Shown here: in pieces, positions 20,625 to 29,268 of the stretch
How positions within the stretch are numbered: the first letter of the stretch is position 1
Layout of the letters: each line of letters starts with the position of its first letter
Assembly (NCBI GenBank): GCA_965116795.1
Contig: OZ220716.1
Location: 2,186,503 to 2,250,502 of the forward strand
DNA length: 64,000 bases
Source of the DNA: Gammaproteobacteria bacterium
GTDB lineage: Bacteria; Pseudomonadota; Gammaproteobacteria; JAJFKG01
Direction of reading: 5' to 3'
Notes under the pieces: generated by a model
The model's input: only the letters and a program-made list of their open reading frames with translations
Database searches by the model: none
What the model was told of the DNA's origin: nothing
Program-made: the position numbers and the translations under genes

Positions 20625-23600
20625 TCATGATATACAATGACTATCATGCTGATTTATAGCTTTATTTATAAGATTTTTTGTAGAACCACTTATCAGATAA
20701 TCCAAGTAACGTGATACAATAGCACTACCAATTTCAGGACAAGTAATGCCACTCCCTGCTAAAGCCAAGTTTAAGTTAGTAATAGAATATTCAGGTGAAT
20801 TCTCATAAACTTCAAGCAAAGTCAATGAACCCTTCACAGAATCAGTAAATAATGGCATTAATAATGCTAAATCGCTTGGATCACCTGCAGTGATATAACT
20901 TTGTAATTGAGTTCGCCAATTTTGTAACGATTCCGATTTAAGCGAATACCCTAATTCTTGTATAACAGAAAATAGTTCGTCTGTTGTAATATTATTCTCA
21001 TGAGTGGGTACAATATGGAATGCTTTTCCTAAGCAAGTTGCTTGCTTTGATATATGTATAATTGCTTGGCTAGCAAAATCAACTGTAATAAATTCTCCAC
21101 GAATCTTAGAAAATCGAGGGAAAATGCCTAATGCTAAACAATCTTTGATTAGCATTGTCCAAAGTTGATCTGTACTGCCAGCACCTGTCTGACTATGGCA
21201 CAAGATGAAGCCAGAGCGGTGTATAGCTACAGGTATGCCTCGCTTGCTCGCTTGCCAAATTAATTTTTCTGCAACACTCTTGCTTTGAACGTAACCCAAA
21301 TCACGAGGCATTGACTGACAATATCCATCACTCCAATCTATCTCTTCTTCCTCTAGAACGCCCACTTCCTGAAAATAATGTAAGAAACTGAAAACAGCCG
21401 CGGTAGATATATAATGTAATGGTTTAATCTTCTTATAAATAGCAAAGCGCAACATATTTTTGACGCCAATAACATTAGATCCTTTTAATGCAGAATATGG
21501 TTTGACAAAGTTAACCCCTGATGCTGAGTGATAAATTAAGTCAATTCGATCGGCCAAAATTTCATAATCTCGATCTGACAATCCAAACTTTATTTTGCTA
21601 ACATCCCCAACCTTCAAAAAGATTCGACTCTCTAAATATTGGCTTAACATATCTAATCGATATTTTTTTAAGGTTTTTAAAAAACGATCTTTAGCATGAG
21701 CAATATCTTTTGCTCTCACCAAACAGTAAATAGTAGCATTATTTCCTCTCAATAATTCATCTAATAAAAAAACACCCAGAAACCCAGTAACTCCTGTCAA
21801 AAAAATTATTTTTGGTGTTGTAGGATAGGAAATTTTTGAGTGGAGTGTGGATAAACAAATATCCTCATCCAATTCTGATTCTTTTTTTAAAAAATCTAGT
21901 TCATTTATAGGCTTTACACGCTGTTTCTCTGGGGTTTCAATTAATTGAGCTTGCGATTGAATTGTTGGTTGTGAAAATAAATCTGAGTATGGGATTTCAC
22001 AAAATTCTTGGTGAATTAAACTTGTCAATTGTATCGCTAATAATGAACTACCCCCTAACATAAAGAAATTATCAAAGATCCCAATACTCGAATGAAATTG
22101 CAATACTTTTTGCCATAATTCGGTTAGTCTTTTTTCTGTAGCAGTAACTGGCATTACTTGCTTGCGGCCTAAATTAAAATCTATTGACATCAGTTTAGCA
22201 CGATCAATTTTACCATTTGAGTTTAGTGGCAACGCATTCACTACTTGAAAAGCAGTTGGCAACATATAATTTGGTAATAATCCTATTAAGTACGTGCGTA
22301 ACTCTGCTTTATAGATTTGAGAATCCGATGGCGCAGTTTTAGGCACCACATAGGCAAGCAATACTGGATGACCATCAACCAATTTCTTCAAAACTAACGC
22401 TTCTTTAAGGCTTGGATTAGTCAATAATACTCTTTCAATTTCTTCTAATTCCACTCTATAACCCGATATTTTTACTTGTTTATCAGAACGTTTTACAAAA
22501 AATAAATTATCAGACTGATAGCGCACTAAATCACCTGTACGATATAAACGATCATGTCCCTTTAAAAAAGGGTTAACAATAAATTTTTCATACTCTAAGT
22601 GATCTTGATTTAAATAACCGCGTGCCACACCTAAACCAGCCACATACAATTCGCCTAAAACTCCTTCTGAAACTGGTTCTAATTGTTTATTAAGCACATA
22701 TGCCTGAACCCCACAAATGGGTTTACCAATAGGCAAATTATCCAAACTCTTCATTTCTGGCTGAATTAAGCAACTGGTTGAAAAAACTGTAGCTTCTGTA
22801 GGTCCGTAAGCATTAACTAGGTATTGTGGAAAAGAAGAATGGCTATATAGATCAACTAAAATTTTTGTGCTTTGTAATTTTTCACCAATAAAAATTACGT
22901 AATTTATCGATGCAAAAATATTAATATCCGATATCAATAAATTATAGAAAAGTGCTGTAGGTAACACTAAAACATTAACAGTACCTTCAACCAAAGATTT
23001 TTTAAATAAGGTTATGTCTAAAAGAATCGATTTTGGGTATACTATCAATCGTGCCCCCTTTAATAAAGTGCCAAATATTTCAAATACTGAAACATCAAAT
23101 GTAACGTTACAAACATGCCCTACAGTATCATTATGTGTCAACTCAATATAAGAAATATTCTTTACCAATTGTGTAACATTTTTATGTTCAACCATTACTC
23201 CTTTAGGTTTTCCTGTCGAACCAGATGTATAAATTATATACGCTAAATTAGCTGAATTAATTGCTTTATTTAGATTATTATCTGATTGTTCTAATAAAAC
23301 TTGTTCTACTTCTTTATCATCTAAAGAAACAACTTTAATATTCAAACAGTATAGATTTTTTTTGATAGCGATAGCTTGTTTAGTAATTAATTGCTCAACT
23401 TGTGCATCTTGCAGCATAATTTTCAAACGCTTTTGTGGTAATTCTTGATCTAAAGGTAAATATGCTGCCCCTGTTTTCAATATTGCTAATACACTAATAA
23501 TAAATGCTGCAGAGCGATCTAGCATAACTGCAATAAGATGATCTGCTTTGATATTTTGATTCACTTGTAACAAATAATTTGCTAGCTGATTAACAGATTT

Positions 23601-26600
23601 ATTAAGATCATGGTAGTTCAGTTGCACGTCACCATCTATAACTGCAATCGAATCAGGGTATTGCTGCACTTGTTCTTCAAATAAGGATACAATCGTTTCT
23701 TTAGCACATGGATGTATAGTGGGTTGGTTCCACTGTGCAAGGCATTGTTGTTTTTCTTCATCATTTAATAAAGACAATGTGTCTATTGCTTGATCTGGAG
23801 ATTTAATAATAGACTCACATAACCTTAACCATTGTTTGGCAATCCGTTTAATTGTCTCTTGTAAAAACACATCTGTCGAATATTCTATCTTCATCGCCAA
23901 ACGATGATCATCCATACACTCCATTTCAATATTTAAATCAAACTTGGCTGATTTTAGATGACTAGCCGTGATTAAAGATGACTGCCATAATGTGGTTTGC
24001 AAATTAGTAAAATCCATTTTTAATTCTGGTATATCATGCATTGTCACTATCACTTGAAACAAGGGGTGACGACCACTATAACGTGGCAATGTTAATTCTT
24101 GAATAATTTCTTCCAGAGGAGCATTATGCTTATATGCTTGTGAAAGTGTGTTTCGAATTTTATTTAATGATGTCAAAAAAGACAAATCGTTACTCTGTTC
24201 AATGCGAATTGGCAACATATTTACAAAAAAGCCAATCAATTCATTTAATATGGGATCTGGACGCTTACCATATGCCAAACCAATCACAAAATCATCTTGC
24301 TGATTATACTGATACAACAAGGCTGCAATACTTGACAACAATAAAGTAAATAAAGACGTGCCTTGTTGTTTTGCTAAATCCTTTAATGCATCTGTGATTT
24401 CTTTAGGGAAATAAAAAATATGTGAATCACCATGATAACTAGGTTTATCAGGTCGTAAATTATCAAATGGAAGTTCAAATAATCCCGAAACGCCTGCAAG
24501 CTGCTCTTTCCAATACTCAAATGCCGACTGATAATGTCCAGCTTTTAACAATTGTTGTTCCCATAAAGCAAAGTCAGGGTACTGCACCGGCAAAATTGGC
24601 AAAGTTATTTCGCTCAATTGATTGACAGCCGCATTGTAAAATGCGTTTAAATCGCGTATTAAAATAGGCAATGCAATACCATCTATCACAATGTGATGAA
24701 ATACCAAACATAACACATGTTTATCTTTACTTAACGTTACCAGCATTGCCCTTATTAAAGGCGGTTTTGTCAAATCATCAAAACCTTTAGCGCAATATTC
24801 ATCAATAATTCGTTGTACTTCAGAAGAAGTTTTATTATCTAAAATAACCTCTTCTAAATGCATTTGATAACGATTAACGGTTTGCTCATCGAGCTCTTGG
24901 AAAGTTGTTCGCAGCGATTCATGACGATCTACTGCGCACTGCAATGCTCTTTTTAACGCATTTTGATCTAGTTTCCCGGCAAAGCTTAATTCTATGTGGA
25001 CATTGTAGGTTTGCGGACGTTCATCTTTTAGAGACTGATATGCTAACCACAATCGTCTTTGCGCAAAAGATAACGGCAATACCGCTGGACGATCTCGCTG
25101 AATTAGCTGGGTTATCGGTAACTGATATTCTGTCTGTTGACGCAAGTTACGCATATATAGCTGATTTTTTAATGTAGGAAACTCAAAAATATCAGCTATT
25201 GTTACAGGTAAATTCCACAAATTTGACAAAGACAATGCCAACTGTGCTGCTAATAGAGAGCTGCCCCCTAGAATAAAAAAATTCGACTCTGGAGAAATGG
25301 TTTTTTGGGGTAAATTCAACACTTCAATCCAACAATCACTGAGTATTCTCTCGTCTTCAGTCAAACTGCTCTCATCAACAATAACATCCTGAAATGTTGG
25401 CATTGGTAATGCATTACGATCAATTTTACCCGTTGATGACAATGGAAATTTCTCCAGTATCATAAAAGCATTCGGCAAACGATTACTCGGTAATAGCTTT
25501 TTAAGATGAGAGATTAATTTTTCATGGAGTTTAGTTTTATCATCATCCATTATTTTGGGGATGATATATGCTATTAAATAGGATTGATTCCCCTGTTTTT
25601 TAAGCATCACTACACTTTGCTTTACCAAATCATGCTGATTTAATGGGAGTTCTATTTCAGCAGGATTAATTCGAATACTATTAAACTTAATTTCAAAATC
25701 TGTTCGGCCAATATAACACAATTGACCATCTAACAGACGTTTCACACGATCGCCAGTTTTATACAATCGAATCGGTTCCTTATTTTTATCGTCTTTAGGT
25801 GTCCATTCAATAAACCGGCTGAGCGTAAGTGCTGGTTGACGCCGGTAACCTCTTGCTAGCCCCTTACCCGCAACATATAATTCACCGACATCTCCTTTTT
25901 TTACAATTTCTTGTTGTTCATCTAACACGTAACATTTAACATATTTTAGTGGTTTTCCAATACACCGATGCTGCTCTCCATCGTATAGTGACATCGTTGC
26001 CCACACTGTGATTTCAGTTGGACCATAGGCATTAATGACTCGACAATGTTTTTGCCAATCATCCATGATTTTTTTAGAACATGCATCACCTGTCACAACC
26101 AATGTGTGTAAAGTAGAAGATTTTGGTATCGGCATATTCAACAGAGAAGTCGGCGATAATATTGCGTTAGAAATATGATACTTATCGATATAATGAGAAA
26201 GTGCAACTGGGTCACAACGGCAAGTTTCATCTGGAATATAAAGGCAGGCGCCTGACAATAAGGACATCCACATTTCGGTAACAGATACATCAAAATGTAA
26301 TGACGAAAATTGTAATACATGACTATTTTCTGAAATATTCAAAAAATCATACTGTACCGCTAGATTGATTATATTCTTATGCTCTATCTCAACTCCTTTT
26401 GGTTGTCCAGTTGAGCCAGATGTATACATCACATAAGCAAGGTTATCGGGATTAATAATAATAGGCAAATTGCTATCTGATAAGCGCTTTAAAGTTCCTG
26501 CTATTTTATCTAAATAAATGGAATATTCATGAACATTCTCTAATAAAGCATTTTGAGATGGCATTATCAAGAATTCACAACCACTACTTTTTAAAATATG

Positions 26601-26912
26601 TTGCAATCGTGATAGAGGATCCGCTGTATTTAATGGCAAATAAGCACCGCCAGCTTTGAGTATTGCTAAAATACTAATAATCGCTTGTACAGATCGATCC
26701 ATGTATAGTGCAACTAACTTTTCAGGCCCAACTCCTTGTCTACACAAATAGTGTGCTAGTCGATTTGCTTCAATATTGAGCGTTTCATAATTCAATACTA
26801 TACTGTCTGATACCAAAGCAATATTCTTTGGTGTTTTTATAACTTGAGCTTCAAATAAGACTAGAACATTTTCTGCATCTGCATCGACCAATGAGGTTTT
26901 CAATTTTTTCAT
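20625..26912 (-). CDS. Bimodular NRPS, A-T-C-A-T-R (terminal thioester reductase)
   Basis: Two YTSGSTG and NAYGPTE A cores, two NFFxLGGSSL T domains, HHIVIDG C domain, LTGVTGFLG and GYVQSK reductase motifs; start placed at MKKLKT with RBS. Confidence 0.95.
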   Translation of the reverse strand: MKKLKTSLVDADAENVLVLFEAQVIKTPKNIALVSDSIVLNYETLNIEANRLAHYLCRQGVGPEKLVALYMDRSVQAIISILAILKAGGAYLPLNTADPLSRLQHILKSSGCEFLIMPSQNALLENVHEYSIYLDKIAGTLKRLSDSNLPIIINPDNLAYVMYTSGSTGQPKGVEIEHKNIINLAVQYDFLNISENSHVLQFSSLHFDVSVTEMWMSLLSGACLYIPDETCRCDPVALSHYIDKYHISNAILSPTSLLNMPIPKSSTLHTLVVTGDACSKKIMDDWQKHCRVINAYGPTEITVWATMSLYDGEQHRCIGKPLKYVKCYVLDEQQEIVKKGDVGELYVAGKGLARGYRRQPALTLSRFIEWTPKDDKNKEPIRLYKTGDRVKRLLDGQLCYIGRTDFEIKFNSIRINPAEIELPLNQHDLVKQSVVMLKKQGNQSYLIAYIIPKIMDDDKTKLHEKLISHLKKLLPSNRLPNAFMILEKFPLSSTGKIDRNALPMPTFQDVIVDESSLTEDERILSDCWIEVLNLPQKTISPESNFFILGGSSLLAAQLALSLSNLWNLPVTIADIFEFPTLKNQLYMRNLRQQTEYQLPITQLIQRDRPAVLPLSFAQRRLWLAYQSLKDERPQTYNVHIELSFAGKLDQNALKRALQCAVDRHESLRTTFQELDEQTVNRYQMHLEEVILDNKTSSEVQRIIDEYCAKGFDDLTKPPLIRAMLVTLSKDKHVLCLVFHHIVIDGIALPILIRDLNAFYNAAVNQLSEITLPILPVQYPDFALWEQQLLKAGHYQSAFEYWKEQLAGVSGLFELPFDNLRPDKPSYHGDSHIFYFPKEITDALKDLAKQQGTSLFTLLLSSIAALLYQYNQQDDFVIGLAYGKRPDPILNELIGFFVNMLPIRIEQSNDLSFLTSLNKIRNTLSQAYKHNAPLEEIIQELTLPRYSGRHPLFQVIVTMHDIPELKMDFTNLQTTLWQSSLITASHLKSAKFDLNIEMECMDDHRLAMKIEYSTDVFLQETIKRIAKQWLRLCESIIKSPDQAIDTLSLLNDEEKQQCLAQWNQPTIHPCAKETIVSLFEEQVQQYPDSIAVIDGDVQLNYHDLNKSVNQLANYLLQVNQNIKADHLIAVMLDRSAAFIISVLAILKTGAAYLPLDQELPQKRLKIMLQDAQVEQLITKQAIAIKKNLYCLNIKVVSLDDKEVEQVLLEQSDNNLNKAINSANLAYIIYTSGSTGKPKGVMVEHKNVTQLVKNISYIELTHNDTVGHVCNVTFDVSVFEIFGTLLKGARLIVYPKSILLDITLFKKSLVEGTVNVLVLPTALFYNLLISDINIFASINYVIFIGEKLQSTKILVDLYSHSSFPQYLVNAYGPTEATVFSTSCLIQPEMKSLDNLPIGKPICGVQAYVLNKQLEPVSEGVLGELYVAGLGVARGYLNQDHLEYEKFIVNPFLKGHDRLYRTGDLVRYQSDNLFFVKRSDKQVKISGYRVELEEIERVLLTNPSLKEALVLKKLVDGHPVLLAYVVPKTAPSDSQIYKAELRTYLIGLLPNYMLPTAFQVVNALPLNSNGKIDRAKLMSIDFNLGRKQVMPVTATEKRLTELWQKVLQFHSSIGIFDNFFMLGGSSLLAIQLTSLIHQEFCEIPYSDLFSQPTIQSQAQLIETPEKQRVKPINELDFLKKESELDEDICLSTLHSKISYPTTPKIIFLTGVTGFLGVFLLDELLRGNNATIYCLVRAKDIAHAKDRFLKTLKKYRLDMLSQYLESRIFLKVGDVSKIKFGLSDRDYEILADRIDLIYHSASGVNFVKPYSALKGSNVIGVKNMLRFAIYKKIKPLHYISTAAVFSFLHYFQEVGVLEEEEIDWSDGYCQSMPRDLGYVQSKSVAEKLIWQASKRGIPVAIHRSGFILCHSQTGAGSTDQLWTMLIKDCLALGIFPRFSKIRGEFITVDFASQAIIHISKQATCLGKAFHIVPTHENNITTDELFSVIQELGYSLKSESLQNWRTQLQSYITAGDPSDLALLMPLFTDSVKGSLTLLEVYENSPEYSITNLNLALAGSGITCPEIGSAIVSRYLDYLISGSTKNLINKAINQHDSHCIS

Positions 26913-27107
26913 TCCTTTTTCCTGCCTCTTCCTAAGCTTACCTACAAATATACTTAATACCATACCGAATTGAAACACATACCTAGAGGCAAAGTGCCAT
27001 AGACATAGAGAAGTAAATATCTAATTTAGGTCAAACCTCGAAATAGTTTTTACCCTTCTATTCTAGTGTGCATGGAGTAATTAGCTGCTACATCTAAAAA
27101 CGGTTAA

Positions 27108-28613
27108 TTATAACTTGGCTATTAAAGGTGTTTGCGCCTCAACACAGGTATCGTCATCTATTTTCACAGGCGGTTCAGTAAACACTCTTTGTTTACATGC
27201 CATACTTTTTTTACTTACTTCAATAGCCTGTGCACGAATCAAAGGTAGCAGTGCTTTTTCTACAACCTGATTACCTGACTCTACTGCACCTTGCATCGAT
27301 ACAGGTGATTCCATCGATGTATATTCACCAATGAAATATAACTCTCCATTAACTGGTTTTATCAATTCTGCCATCAGTTTACGCTGACCAATACCAAAAT
27401 AAGGATAAGCCCCCCATTGATACTCTCGCTCTGACCAAAAAACAACTTTTGTGCATCTTGGTTTAAGATGTGACATAAACACATTACCATAAATCTCAGA
27501 AATCGCCTCTTCACCTGATTTGGCAGGATCAAGTACTTTTTGAATTTCATGCCCACGAGCACCAGCAAAATGCGCTTCTAAAAAGGCACCATTTCCTCTT
27601 TGTTTTACTGTATGATCTTCAATCCAACATGTTGCCCTATCGGTTATAACTGCTGCCGTAGGTCGTTGAGGCTCCCAAAAACGTTTATTAACTTCACAAT
27701 AAACTCGAGCAATTGATTGATTATAATTTACTGCATCTATTGCATTTCTATGGTTACTCGGAAGATTGGGCAACTGAATTGCTCGCTGATGATGTGATTG
27801 TAATGCACTCAACGGGGTAGCCATCACAACATAATCAAATGACTCTACCAACGAACGTTGCCCTTTTGTGAAGGTAACATTCCAGCAATTTTCTGTTTGA
27901 CATACACTTGAAACAGGTGCATTGAAAAAGATACAATCACCTTTAACATTGATAGCATTAGCTACGGCTTGAGGCAAGCGATCGTTTCCATCCTCAACAG
28001 AATACATGGCATTAGCACTACGGTATTGCGATAACACCCGAAAAGCAGATAATGCCGATATAGCGTCAAAACCATCTGCAAATAAACCCAACAGCATCGT
28101 CGATAGAGATCGCTTTACTTGTGCTGCCGAAAAGCCCTTCTGAATGCAAAAATCAAAAATACTAATTTGATCTAACGATTCCAGATAGGGAGCTTGTTTA
28201 CAACACCAATCTTGAGGTTGCATTATTAGCGTATCCATTAAGTGTGCTATTTCAGAAAAAATAACGCCCGCTATCTCTTTTGACGGGTCATCTGTTGTCA
28301 ACTTACCATCAACAAAAAATTGAGAGTGTTGGATGTCATCACGACTTATCAAATTAAGTCCCATTTCGTTAACGAGTGACAATAGTGATTTTTCTGCATC
28401 TGTCATTAATAAAGCACCTGCTTCAGCATAAAGCCCATCGGTATTGCGCAAAGTTCTAACACGACCACCGACTCTATCTGTTGCTTCAAATACTACAAAA
28501 TCAATAGGAGGTAAATTTTCTTGTCCATTAGCTTGCTTCAAACGATATGCCGCTGTAAGACCCGCTAAGCCTGCCCCAATAATTGCTATGCGAACATTTT
28601 TTAAAGATTTCAT
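27108..28613 (-). CDS. Flavin-dependent amine / L-amino-acid oxidase family protein
   Basis: GAGLAGLTAA, FEATDRVGGRVRT, AEAGA, WGAY, FIGEYTS, MQGAVESG. Confidence 0.9.
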   Translation of the reverse strand: MKSLKNVRIAIIGAGLAGLTAAYRLKQANGQENLPPIDFVVFEATDRVGGRVRTLRNTDGLYAEAGALLMTDAEKSLLSLVNEMGLNLISRDDIQHSQFFVDGKLTTDDPSKEIAGVIFSEIAHLMDTLIMQPQDWCCKQAPYLESLDQISIFDFCIQKGFSAAQVKRSLSTMLLGLFADGFDAISALSAFRVLSQYRSANAMYSVEDGNDRLPQAVANAINVKGDCIFFNAPVSSVCQTENCWNVTFTKGQRSLVESFDYVVMATPLSALQSHHQRAIQLPNLPSNHRNAIDAVNYNQSIARVYCEVNKRFWEPQRPTAAVITDRATCWIEDHTVKQRGNGAFLEAHFAGARGHEIQKVLDPAKSGEEAISEIYGNVFMSHLKPRCTKVVFWSEREYQWGAYPYFGIGQRKLMAELIKPVNGELYFIGEYTSMESPVSMQGAVESGNQVVEKALLPLIRAQAIEVSKKSMACKQRVFTEPPVKIDDDTCVEAQTPLIAKL

Positions 28614-28791
28614 TGCATTACTCCTTTCAATTTATATAACACCATCTTCTCAGATAAATTATAGTGATAACTCTATAATGCCAATTAAGCGCCTGTTCAA
28701 AAGCTTTCAATAATTAATACTAAAAAAGCCAGCTCCACCCTACTTTTTGTTTGCATTAACTGCGGGTAAAAGAGGTACTATCCTGCATGCG

Positions 28792-28995
28792 TTTGCACGC
28801 CGTAAAAAAGCTGGGTCGCCTTGCACATCACGCTTCTCAATTAGGGCTTTATTCATCACAAACTGACAGGAGCTTGTCGTCGATAGGAAATATAGTTATT
28901 TGACACTGTTTTTATGGCTTGCTCCTTGCCAATAACAGTCATCTTAAACCACATCAAGTGCTTCATGCAATGATTGCCGACCCCATAGAGATAAG
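28792..28995 (-). promoter_or_regulatory. Conserved ~230-nt leader element, copy B (upstream of oxidase-NRPS)
   Basis: Shared blocks TTTGCAC..AAAAAAGC, TCTCAATTAGGGCTT, ATGGCTTGCTCCTTGCC, TGATTGCCGACC..ATAGA. Confidence 0.6.
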
Positions 28996-29268
28996 CCATC
29001 AGTGGCATTCTGTCGTATCAGCCACATTCAAATTTGTCCGGTTAAGTGAATGTAGGTAATTGACTAAATCGGTGAAGCAAAAACGAAGCAAGTCTTAATG
29101 TCTCTCCCACCATGACAAAATTAGAGCAGAGCATCCTAATTCAATCCTCAATTTGAACAATACTGTGTAACATTGTGCTCCTTGCTTTTACCCATTAGGA
29201 TAGCCACACTAAAAGAAGATGCTTTGTCTGAACTCTACTGAACAAGCACTTTCAAGGAGCCGCCAGCC

